DNA of 64,000 nt from Minisyncoccota bacterium. Lineage in GTDB: Bacteria; Patescibacteriota; Minisyncoccia; Phycocordibacterales; UBA2100. The stretch lies in contig DATJXE010000003.1 in assembly GCA_035500505.1 (NCBI GenBank), forward strand, positions 201,697 through 265,696, in the 5' to 3' direction. Both the position numbers and the translations under genes were made by a program. Of this stretch, positions 29,330 through 37,982 are shown piece by piece. Below the pieces are notes generated by a model, which did no database searches, was not told where the DNA came from, and worked only from the letters and a program-made list of their open reading frames with translations. The first letter of the stretch is position 1; each line of letters opens with the position of its first letter.

Positions 29330-30008
29330 AACAATCTTTGTAGAAACGCTGTAAAGTTGCCGTGAGTTCCTCTACCGTCTTTGCTTCACGGGCGTTGTTG
29401 AAGTAACGCAGCCGGAGCAATTCCGTTTTCGCGAGCTGGTCTTCATCCATTTGGGACTTGAAAAGGATGTCGTTGGCAGCCTGTTTCGGGTCGATGTTCG
29501 CGAAGTCGGCGTACTGAACGACGAAGGGAAATTCCAGCAGGCGTTGCTCGTCGTATCCTGAATCTTTGAAGCCCTTTGCTTGAGCGGCTTTCATTGCATA
29601 GACGGTTTCTTGGAAAGCGACGCCAGTTCCGACTCGATCGCGCGAGGCACTTATGGTGGTCATAATGCGTCCGACAACCTTTCCTTTTTCAGTTGTGAGG
29701 CTCGCCTGGCCACGCAACGCATCGGTTACCTGTTCGGACGGTGTGCGCACGAATAATCGCTCGTTCGTCCAAGTCCATTCGGGGTATGACTCGGAAGGGA
29801 CGCCTTCGAGAAAGAAAGAGTCGGGATAATTGGGATAGTTCACCTCCTGGACGTAAAACGAACCCGATGTGCACTCCTCTAAAAATACAAGGGTTGAGGG
29901 GTACGGGGAGATGGTAAGGAGTCGCTTTTCGCCATCGAGCAACGCACCATATCTGCGAGTAAATCTCGGTGCACCCGTATCCGGGGTATGAGAAAAAGGC
30001 CAGCGCAT
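29313..30008 (-). CDS. Hypothetical protein of the YcaO operon, helical C-terminal domain
   Basis: Tightly packed in the operon; start chosen at MRWPFS (ORF extends to 30044). Confidence 0.75.
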   Translation of the reverse strand: MRWPFSHTPDTGAPRFTRRYGALLDGEKRLLTISPYPSTLVFLEECTSGSFYVQEVNYPNYPDSFFLEGVPSESYPEWTWTNERLFVRTPSEQVTDALRGQASLTTEKGKVVGRIMTTISASRDRVGTGVAFQETVYAMKAAQAKGFKDSGYDEQRLLEFPFVVQYADFANIDPKQAANDILFKSQMDEDQLAKTELLRLRYFNNAREAKTVEELTATLQRFYKDCYGAVI

Positions 30009-30019
30009 ATGTACCCATT

Positions 30020-31639
30020 TTACTGGGGCGTTCTGGTCATGCAATAGAGTTCATTGGCAACGGTCGTCATGAAAAAACGCTTGGTCGCTGGGTTATATGC
30101 AATTTTATTGACGATACGTTCGGTCGCTTGAAAGACTGATTGCCCCGCGCCAGTCTCAGGATCTATCGCGTACAGTCTCCCATCGTTAGAGCCAATGTAA
30201 ATGGCATCTTCCACCAAAAGTGGAGAGGCAAAAATTCGGCCGGCAGTGCGGAACTCCCATTTTTTCGATCCGGTATCAAGGTCGAGGGCGTAGACGCCTT
30301 TGTCCAGCGAGGAGAAATACGCAGTCTCGCCAATAACGAGCGGTGTCGAGTAACTCCCCGCGCTCGGCTCGTACGCGAATATCGGCGTACCATCGGTATC
30401 AAGGGCGTAAAACAGTCCGCCGAGTGAACCGAAGAGAATAAGCTGCCGTTTCGGGTCGTACGCAAAGGATGATTTTACGCTACCTTGCACACGATACTGC
30501 CAAAGGGGAGCACCCGAATCGGCTCGATATGCGTACACGATGTCATCGTTGCTTCCGACGACGACCATGTTCTTTTCTCGTATGTACAGAGGAGATCCGT
30601 GCGTGCACTCGCCGCTATGGTGCTGCCATACAACCTCACCGGTATCCATTCTCAAGGCGACCATGCCGCCTTGTTTCCGGAAAAGCCCGAACTCAAGGCC
30701 GATGAAGAGAAGACCGAGGTCGGGCGCAAGCGACGGTGAAGAGCCGACCCAATCCGCGTCTTCGTACTTCCATTTGAGAGTGCCCGATCGTGCTTCGAGC
30801 GCATAGACGTTACCATCGTATGCGCCGAAATAGACGGTGTCCCGGTGGAGAGCGGGAGAGGAAAAGATTCCTTTACCAGCCGGATGTTTGCCCGTTTCGA
30901 ATGACCAGGCGACCGAACCATCATTCTGGTTCAGCGCATAAAAAGTTCCCGCATCGCTACCAAAATAGACACGCTCGGCATCCAGAACGGGGGCGGACTT
31001 TTGTACCACGTAGTTAAAGGCGGGGTTGGGAGCGGCAAAATGCCATAGCTGTGTGAGCGCCGCTCTCTTCGCCTTCGGCGTTGTAAGTGAGAGACCGAAA
31101 TCTTCGAGTGTGAAAAGCTTATGCATTGTGCGTTTTTTGTCGAGCAGCGGCGCGTACGCAGTGTCATCCCTGAACGCGATAAGCGCGAACATGTCAGACA
31201 CGGCCAGCCCCTCGCGTTCCAGGACCTGTATCTGCGTGGTGAAGGTATTCCCGGAATTGACGAGATCGTCCACCAAAATAACGGGATCGCGTGTCGGGGC
31301 ACCTTCGAGGCGTCTCATGAGTCCTTGTCGTTTACGCGACTTTCGAATAAAAAGCCCGTTCACTGGTGTTCCACGTTCCATGCTTTTCATCACGATAGCT
31401 GCTACGAGGGCAATGCCAGCGCTTTCCATAGCGCAAACTTGGAACGGATACCTTTTTGCGCATGCATCCCAGAAGAATTCCGCGTACGCATCCAGCCAAC
31501 GAGGCTGCAGCAAGAGCGCGCGGAAGTCGAAGAGCCACGGCGCATACGAAGCCTCATCGACCATGACGATGGGCCGTTCTGGAGAGAAATGTACGATCAC
31601 GTCTTTCGCTATCGCTTCGCGAAGGGTTTTTTTGTCCAT
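30020..31639 (-). CDS. Orotate-PRTase-like phosphoribosyltransferase fused to PQQ-type beta-propeller repeats
   Basis: FIRKSRKRQG and VILVDDLVNSGNT PRTase motifs; about 8 repeats of SSP....VYFGSxDG.xYAL...G...W; no signal peptide. Confidence 0.85.
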   Translation of the reverse strand: MDKKTLREAIAKDVIVHFSPERPIVMVDEASYAPWLFDFRALLLQPRWLDAYAEFFWDACAKRYPFQVCAMESAGIALVAAIVMKSMERGTPVNGLFIRKSRKRQGLMRRLEGAPTRDPVILVDDLVNSGNTFTTQIQVLEREGLAVSDMFALIAFRDDTAYAPLLDKKRTMHKLFTLEDFGLSLTTPKAKRAALTQLWHFAAPNPAFNYVVQKSAPVLDAERVYFGSDAGTFYALNQNDGSVAWSFETGKHPAGKGIFSSPALHRDTVYFGAYDGNVYALEARSGTLKWKYEDADWVGSSPSLAPDLGLLFIGLEFGLFRKQGGMVALRMDTGEVVWQHHSGECTHGSPLYIREKNMVVVGSNDDIVYAYRADSGAPLWQYRVQGSVKSSFAYDPKRQLILFGSLGGLFYALDTDGTPIFAYEPSAGSYSTPLVIGETAYFSSLDKGVYALDLDTGSKKWEFRTAGRIFASPLLVEDAIYIGSNDGRLYAIDPETGAGQSVFQATERIVNKIAYNPATKRFFMTTVANELYCMTRTPQ

Positions 31640-31644
31640 GTGAT

Positions 31645-32388
31645 TCAATCGTGTACCTCTTGTAGGGAGCTCCTGGTGTCTTCTCCTCGGCACAGGATGA
31701 TCGAGAGGACTGGCTGCTCGAGCCGTTCGTCTATGTCGAGCAGAGATAGAGCAACTTCGTCAGAAAACCCGATGACAGGGCGCGCACCAATCTCGCACGC
31801 AGAAGCCGCGAGCAGGATATTTTCCGATAAATGTCCCGCTTCAAGTAGCGCCAGCATATAGGCGAAATCGCCGTACTTTGCGGACGAACGTTCCCACACA
31901 CTCGTGAAGAGGACGATTGAGGAAGCGGCGGGCGCCTCTGGGGCGCGTACCAGATCACTCATCGAAAAGTCAGTTGGAACGTCCCAGAGCCGCTCGAGCG
32001 CATGTTCGGTCGGATGATAATGGAACACCCCCGAGCCCGCCCCTTCGATCCCTCTGGAAACGATGTACGTTTCGATCGGAAAAAGCGCGCCGCCGGAAGG
32101 ATATCGACGCCGCACCGAACCATCGTGTCGCCGCAGCCCCGAAAACACTGCTCCCAGATCGTCAGTGGAAAGCGGTCCTTCGTTGCGCAGTTCGAGAAAG
32201 GAGCGTCTGTGGCGAAGCGCCTGAGAAAGCGGAGTTTGTAGCTCCGTTCGCGGCAAGACGAACTGCTGCATGCGAGGGTATTCTTTATGCAAACCCCTCG
32301 GGACGTCCTTCGGGTCGTGCGTTGCCCCGCGTCTAGTAAGGCGAGCGCGCCGCAAGTCGCCGTGGAGATCTGAAAGAAAAAAAGTCAT
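31645..32388 (-). CDS. SagB/ThcOx-family FMN-dependent peptide dehydrogenase
   Basis: RRYPSGGALFPIE, GVFHYHP, RSSAKYGDFAYMLALLEAGHLSEN (KY motif), IGFSDE. Confidence 0.92.
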   Translation of the reverse strand: MTFFLSDLHGDLRRARLTRRGATHDPKDVPRGLHKEYPRMQQFVLPRTELQTPLSQALRHRRSFLELRNEGPLSTDDLGAVFSGLRRHDGSVRRRYPSGGALFPIETYIVSRGIEGAGSGVFHYHPTEHALERLWDVPTDFSMSDLVRAPEAPAASSIVLFTSVWERSSAKYGDFAYMLALLEAGHLSENILLAASACEIGARPVIGFSDEVALSLLDIDERLEQPVLSIILCRGEDTRSSLQEVHD

Positions 32389-32389
32389 A

Positions 32390-33823
32390 TCAACAGAATG
32401 GGTGCGGTCGTTCGACGAATGGTTGTTCTAAAGGTTCGTAGCCGAACAGGCGGGGGACAAGTTGAAGCCGTTCTCCCCCGAGATGTCGCATCCGCTCGGC
32501 AAGGTGTGTTGGATGCAAATCAGGCATAAGGATCATTTCGATGTGCCACGGGGTCGGATTCGCCTTAGAGGAGGTCAAGGGTACCGAAACACACTCATAA
32601 CCTTTTTCTCGGCACCAATTCTCGATCCGTTCCAACTGCATCTGCGGTGTGTCGTCTTCCCAGGCCGCCCGAACGGGGTCTTTCTCTTCCCCAGAGACTA
32701 GGAACTCAAGATGGCGTGCATGTTCGGGGTCTTGCCAGTAATGCACGCGACCTCGGTGGCCGATATCGTCGACCGGTTTTGATGGGTCATAAAACTCGTC
32801 GGGATCGGCCTTGCGCGTAAAGCGTCGCGCACGCAATGCTTCCAAGATTGCTTTTTCGGAAGCATCCGCAAGTGAGCGGTGTGCCTTAAGCCCGAAGGCG
32901 AAACGAGGACCGACCGGACTAGGGTCCTCAAGGATCGCACAAACGGCATGTGTCGGTGCATCAGTAAGCATTGTGATGATGTGTACGCGTAGGCCGTAGC
33001 GTTCGCAGCGAGAAATGATAGCGTCGAGTGTCTTTGATCGTGTTCGTAGCGAAGAGGGGTGTATGCGCGGCAGTGAAAGCTGATTAAACCACATGATCAT
33101 ATACGATTCTCGTTCGATACACTCAAGCGCCCCGGCGAGCCGCGCGCCGATCCTTGTCGGCCATGTCGCAAGTCCTGTGGTATGTTGCATTCGTATCAGC
33201 GGTTCCTGAGGAGATACTTTAAATGGACCCCACGCCGCACTAACAGTTTGCGCCGGCACGTAGATTTTTTTACCGCTTACGAGTGATGTCCCTTCAATCC
33301 ATAGATACGATGCTTCGGGAGGGAGGCGAAACTGTGACGATTGCAGGCGTTGTGCCTCTGAAAAAGAAACGAATTGATGTGGAGCGATGATAGGGAAGCG
33401 AGCTCGCATTTCGTCAATCGTGCCGCGTCGCGGACGGACGAAGTAATCGCGCTGTGTCCACCAAATGTAACGTTCAAGGCCTTCTGCGAGCGCTGCAAAG
33501 AGAGCAGACGTATCGTTGTCGACCGACGAACCGCCGGCGAAGTTTTCCGCGGAGTCTCTCACTCGACAGATCCAGTGTCGCACTCCTGGTTCATCTGGCA
33601 ATCCTTCCGTAGGACCGTACCAGCTCACGACGCCCCGGTCGATGAGCTTCGTCGCGACAGACAATGGTTCTGCTAGGTCAGCGCGACCGAACGGCACGCG
33701 CCTTTTATCGTACAGCACGGTGACGCCGAGCCTTCGCTCAATGAATTCGAGGAAAGAAACTATGGCTCGTCGCCCCCGATTTTCTTGAGCGACGTCATCA
33801 AACCGCACTCCGTCGATGAGCAT
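32390..33823 (-). CDS. YcaO-family ATP-dependent cyclodehydratase
   Basis: ALAEGLERY, HTTGLA, ECIERES ATP-binding motifs; KAILEA; Pro-rich C-terminus RPHPFC. Confidence 0.93.
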   Translation of the reverse strand: MLIDGVRFDDVAQENRGRRAIVSFLEFIERRLGVTVLYDKRRVPFGRADLAEPLSVATKLIDRGVVSWYGPTEGLPDEPGVRHWICRVRDSAENFAGGSSVDNDTSALFAALAEGLERYIWWTQRDYFVRPRRGTIDEMRARFPIIAPHQFVSFSEAQRLQSSQFRLPPEASYLWIEGTSLVSGKKIYVPAQTVSAAWGPFKVSPQEPLIRMQHTTGLATWPTRIGARLAGALECIERESYMIMWFNQLSLPRIHPSSLRTRSKTLDAIISRCERYGLRVHIITMLTDAPTHAVCAILEDPSPVGPRFAFGLKAHRSLADASEKAILEALRARRFTRKADPDEFYDPSKPVDDIGHRGRVHYWQDPEHARHLEFLVSGEEKDPVRAAWEDDTPQMQLERIENWCREKGYECVSVPLTSSKANPTPWHIEMILMPDLHPTHLAERMRHLGGERLQLVPRLFGYEPLEQPFVERPHPFC

Positions 33824-33928
33824 TCCGCGATTCTAGCACAAGGGCCATTCCACAGCCTGCCGCTTGGGTTACTGCAAAGTATCCACACGCCATGCGACTC
33901 AGCGGCAAGTACCTGGTACTATGGGTGC
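33824..33928. promoter_or_regulatory. Divergent promoter pair for ycaO and the candidate precursor (extended -10, probably leaderless)
   Basis: Minus strand TG-C-TAGAAT-6nt-ATG (ycaO); plus strand TG-G-TACTAT (33917-33922)-6nt-ATG at 33929. Confidence 0.65.
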
Positions 33929-34234
33929 ATGCGTTCTGCCAATAAGAATACTCGGGGTCTCTTGCGGAAGATCTTTCTCTCCGCGACGATCGTATTCGGT
34001 TTTCTATCTATCATATTTTCAAGGGATTTTGGTGGAGCATCACGCCTGCTTTTCAGGGAACGGGACAACGGGATAGCGCATGCCGACGCGCCGAGTAGCG
34101 GCGGGGGCGGAGACGGGGGTGGAGGCGGCTCTGGCGATGCTCCCAGTTGCAACTACGGTGACGCCGGCAGTGGGTGCTCAGATTGCGGAGCCGATAGTGC
34201 GAGCGCGGACGCAGGCGGGGGCGATGCAGGGTAA
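33929..34234 (+). CDS. Candidate RiPP precursor, 101 aa: basic N-terminus, hydrophobic helix, AHA|DAP site, Gly/Ser/Asp/Cys-rich core
   Basis: MRSANKNTRGLLRKIFLSATIVFGFLSIIF...GIAHA-DAPSSGGGGDGGGGGSGDAPSCNYGDAGSGCSDCGADSASADAGGGDAG; divergent from ycaO. Confidence 0.75.
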   Translation: MRSANKNTRGLLRKIFLSATIVFGFLSIIFSRDFGGASRLLFRERDNGIAHADAPSSGGGGDGGGGGSGDAPSCNYGDAGSGCSDCGADSASADAGGGDAG

Positions 34235-34254
34235 ACAACCCAGTAAATTTTTGT

Positions 34255-35400
34255 ATGAGCAAGACAACGGGAATAGCGATTGTAGGAATGGTGGTGGCGG
34301 TTCTGCTCGCTATAATTGCCGTCGTATTCCTGTATGAACAAAATTTTGTTGCACAGCCTTCTCACCCTTCAAACCAGGACCTCTGGTATGAAACCCTGCA
34401 GGACAATCCAGCGTTCGCACTTGCGCTCCAAGAAGAAGGACAAGGCGACTACGGCGCAGGCGCCGAGAGTGTAAAGCAGGCGCTTGCTTCAGCGGCAAAG
34501 TCCGACCAGATGCAGTTGCTTGCGGTGTATCTCGGGGTGGCGTATGGATACGCCGGGGACTACCAAAACGCCGTCACTCAGCTGGAACAAGTGGTTGCGA
34601 CGAACTCGGATACTCCGGATACACGTGCTTTTGCGGCCGAGCAACTAGCTCTTGCGTACTCGCGCAATCCGGCCGCGAACTCCGTGTTAGCAATGTTACA
34701 GCAACCCGCATATAAGAGTCTGTACGTAGCGACCAGCACAAATCTAACGGCGCGAGGACTCTTTCTGTATGCGACCGCGATCAAGCCGTTGCCACTTTCC
34801 GAATACAACATTGCGAACACGTTCGCTACCTCCATTTTCAACCAAAGCCTGGTTGGCACCACTTCTCCTGCCGGCAAGGCACAATTCGCATCCCTTGAAC
34901 AGAAGTTGAAGAACCGACTGCTTGCCGGGGATGCGGCTCTTGCCACGCTCGACCAGGTTCCTTATCCGAGTTATGAACCCGAAGCTCAGGCGTTGAAGGC
35001 TCTCGTTCTCGGAAAGCTTCAAATCATGGGCGACACAAGTTTGGGTGATGCTAGTCAGGCATACACAACTGCACTCGCAAGCTATGCGCTCCAGGGTGCC
35101 CAAGATGGACAAGTTCGCATATGGTATGCATCGTTCCTAGCGGCTGCTTACGGGACGTCGCGCCTCGCGGACATAGAATCTGTTCTCGCTCCGATTTATC
35201 AAGACCCGACGCACCGCGGCGTAACCGTGGTTTCCACCTTGCAATCGTATGTGGGTGCGCTCAATTCAAGCTCGAAACGAAGTCTTGCAACGCTCGCAGC
35301 CATCGACCCTCAGTTCAGGACATTTCTACAATCCTTAGGGTGGACGGCTAAGGATTTTTCAGCGACAATCGTTCAGACTTCGACAACGACGACAAAATAG
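34255..35400 (+). CDS. Membrane-anchored TPR-like helical repeat protein
   Basis: N-terminal TM; YLGVAYGYAGDYQNAVTQLEQV TPR-like unit. Confidence 0.7.
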   Translation: MSKTTGIAIVGMVVAVLLAIIAVVFLYEQNFVAQPSHPSNQDLWYETLQDNPAFALALQEEGQGDYGAGAESVKQALASAAKSDQMQLLAVYLGVAYGYAGDYQNAVTQLEQVVATNSDTPDTRAFAAEQLALAYSRNPAANSVLAMLQQPAYKSLYVATSTNLTARGLFLYATAIKPLPLSEYNIANTFATSIFNQSLVGTTSPAGKAQFASLEQKLKNRLLAGDAALATLDQVPYPSYEPEAQALKALVLGKLQIMGDTSLGDASQAYTTALASYALQGAQDGQVRIWYASFLAAAYGTSRLADIESVLAPIYQDPTHRGVTVVSTLQSYVGALNSSSKRSLATLAAIDPQFRTFLQSLGWTAKDFSATIVQTSTTTTK

Positions 35401-35402
35401 GC

Positions 35403-36209
35403 ATGGCGGCCGTGTCGACCGATCGACTGTTCTATCCGGCGTGGGCGATCGTGATCGCACTCGCGCTCTTTTTTTTGGCGCCTGAAGCGCACACGTTCGC
35501 GACGAATGTCTACGAGGACATGGCTTACGCGGTCGATCCCTCGGCGTCCCGGGCCTTCGCTTACGGAGAGCGACATTTCGATGCGACGAACCCGAGCGAG
35601 TATGACCTCGATCGTGCCGAGTATTTTTTCACTCTCGCGGCGAAGAAAGATCCGTCGACTCCCTATCTCTATCATGAACTGGCGCGCATTTCTTTTTTGC
35701 GCGGCGACTATAAGCAGGCACTGGCGAGGATCGACTTCCAGATAATGCTTCACGGTGACTCCGAGCCGAATTCCTATTACGTGCGCGGGCTCATTGAGGG
35801 ATACATGCGCGATTATGGAGACGCCATAACTGACTACACGCATTTCCTGCTGTTCGACCCCAACGACTGGGCCGCCATTAATGATGATGCGTGGGTCTTA
35901 CTCAAGGCGGGACGTTTTCAAGAAGCGGCCGATCTCACGACCAAAGGCCTGAAGATATATCCGGAGAATCCGTGGCTTCTCAACTCGAACGCGACCGCGC
36001 TTTATGAGTTGGGCCTCTACCAGCCTGCCCTTGCTGCTGCCGAAAAAGCCGAGGCTGCTGTAGCTACCGTCACGGATTCCGAGTGGTCACATGCCTATCC
36101 CGGCAACGACCCAACCATCGCGGGGGAAGGCGTCGCCTCCTTTAGGCAAGCCGTGGCTGACAATGTGCACACCATCCAACTGGCGCTTGCCACGAGTACG
36201 GTACAATGA
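35403..36209 (+). CDS. Membrane-anchored tetratricopeptide repeat protein
   Basis: N-terminal TM; several TPR units (LARISFLRGDYKQAL, AWVLLKAGRFQEA, ATALYELGLYQPAL). Confidence 0.85.
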   Translation: MAAVSTDRLFYPAWAIVIALALFFLAPEAHTFATNVYEDMAYAVDPSASRAFAYGERHFDATNPSEYDLDRAEYFFTLAAKKDPSTPYLYHELARISFLRGDYKQALARIDFQIMLHGDSEPNSYYVRGLIEGYMRDYGDAITDYTHFLLFDPNDWAAINDDAWVLLKAGRFQEAADLTTKGLKIYPENPWLLNSNATALYELGLYQPALAAAEKAEAAVATVTDSEWSHAYPGNDPTIAGEGVASFRQAVADNVHTIQLALATSTVQ

Positions 36210-36220
36210 CGTAAAACCCT

Positions 36221-37933
36221 ATGAGCGGACAGAGTCATGCGCAAACGTTCGATATAAAGAGGTATGTTGCGTACGCATTTGCTCTCGCGATAGTCGCGCT
36301 GCTTATAGCCGGAGCATCGAGTCACGCGGCCGGCCACCTCTCGCCTGAAGTGAAATTCACCGATGCCTCCGGGGGCGGCCTCGCCATCGTGCCGGCGTCA
36401 TGCCCTTCCGACCCGCAATACCTTGGGGACTGCACAACTTCGTGCGACAACGGCCTCGACATCGCGCAATATCCTTCTTGCAGCTGCCCCGCCGGCCAAA
36501 CGCAAAGCGGAAGCACGTGCGTGTGCCCCTCGGGCCAGGTGTGGAACGGTACGCAATGCGTTTCGCAGACCGTGGGACCGAGTTGTACATGTCCGAGTGG
36601 ATATACGTTGAACGGCTCGACCTGTGCCGCAAACCCCGGCAGTCAGTCCTTTACGACCCCCACCCCCCCGGGAGGTACCACGTTCTCGGTGCCGCAAAAC
36701 TACGCATCTCTCACCGTAACCGTTCTGGGAGCAGGTGGTGGTGGTGGCGGCGGGGGTGGACCCATGTACTTCAACCCGACGAATGGCTGGATAAGCGGCC
36801 AGCCTGGAAGTTCGGGCGGGTCGGGCACTTCTTCTTCCTTCAATACGTCCGTCGTGGCTAACGGTGGCGGTGGTGGTGGCGGTGGTGGCGCGGGAAACGT
36901 GAACATAAGTGACGCTGGAGACTTTGGCACCAACGGAAGTCCTGGCTCGGACGGTTCCTCCGGGACTGCGAGCGGGGGCACTACCAACACAACAGGCGGA
37001 GGGGCATCCGGCGGCTCCGGCGGTCCTGGCTCGTCTTATACGAGCGACAGCGGCTCGGTCTCGGACTGGGGTGGCACCGGTGGAACCGGTGGCACGGGCG
37101 GTAAAGCAGTGAAAACCTATGCCTCGGGGGTGCTCACAGGGAACATCACAGTGACCGTGGGCTCCGGCGGCTCCGGCGGAGGCGGTCAACCATATGGCGG
37201 AAGCTCGGGCGGCAATGGCTCGGTGTCCATTACGTGGACGACCTCTTCCGACATCTCGGCGTCTTGCTCCTGCCCCAGCGGATACACCGACCAGGGCGGC
37301 GGTTCATGTGTTCTCTCACAATGCACAGGAGGAGAACTCCTTCAGGGCGGTTCCTGTGTTCCGACCTGTGGCATCGGATACACACAACAAGATTCCAGTT
37401 GTGTATTCGACCAGTGCCCCATCGGCTACGTGCAGGGGGCTGACAGCAATGGCAACACGACCTGCACCTTCTCCAGTTGCCCGGTCGGCTACACACAGCA
37501 AGGTCAACAGTGTGTCTTCACGAGTTGTCCTCTGGGCTACACGCAAGGAACCGATGCGAACAACAACGCCATCTGCACCTACACCGGTTGCCCGCGGTAC
37601 TACACGCTCCAGGATGGGCAATGTGTGCTCTCCACCCAGTCATCGCCTCTTGGGGAGATCGTCGCAGTCCCGTCGGTACTCAAGACAGGTGGCACATCCA
37701 AGATTTCCTGGAGTGCCGGCGGTGTCTCTTCCTGTACGGTTACCGGTTCCAATGGGGACGGCGGCTCGGGCTGGGGCTGCTCATCACAGATCGCTTGTGC
37801 TGCCACCACGACTCACCCAACGAGCCAAATACAATCGCAGACAATTTACACGCTCAATTGTACGGCCCTCGACAGCAGCACCTTCACTCGCTCCGCGACG
37901 GTGAATATCGTGCCGGTATTCCAGGAACAGTAA
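36221..37933 (+). CDS. Large exported Cys-repeat / Gly-rich surface protein
   Basis: N-terminal TM/signal; many CPxGYTxxGxxC repeats; central Gly-rich domain; C-terminal ISWS...CTV...YTLNC Ig-like segment. Confidence 0.8.
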   Translation: MSGQSHAQTFDIKRYVAYAFALAIVALLIAGASSHAAGHLSPEVKFTDASGGGLAIVPASCPSDPQYLGDCTTSCDNGLDIAQYPSCSCPAGQTQSGSTCVCPSGQVWNGTQCVSQTVGPSCTCPSGYTLNGSTCAANPGSQSFTTPTPPGGTTFSVPQNYASLTVTVLGAGGGGGGGGGPMYFNPTNGWISGQPGSSGGSGTSSSFNTSVVANGGGGGGGGGAGNVNISDAGDFGTNGSPGSDGSSGTASGGTTNTTGGGASGGSGGPGSSYTSDSGSVSDWGGTGGTGGTGGKAVKTYASGVLTGNITVTVGSGGSGGGGQPYGGSSGGNGSVSITWTTSSDISASCSCPSGYTDQGGGSCVLSQCTGGELLQGGSCVPTCGIGYTQQDSSCVFDQCPIGYVQGADSNGNTTCTFSSCPVGYTQQGQQCVFTSCPLGYTQGTDANNNAICTYTGCPRYYTLQDGQCVLSTQSSPLGEIVAVPSVLKTGGTSKISWSAGGVSSCTVTGSNGDGGSGWGCSSQIACAATTTHPTSQIQSQTIYTLNCTALDSSTFTRSATVNIVPVFQEQ

Positions 37934-37982
37934 GCGTGGGGAAAAACGTCCGCGCCGCCTGGCTCGATGCTATAGTTGTTGC

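Noticed and set aside
33785-33928. N-terminal extension of the precursor ORF given in the ORF track
   Set aside because: Overlaps the ycaO start and the divergent promoters; ATG 33929 fits better
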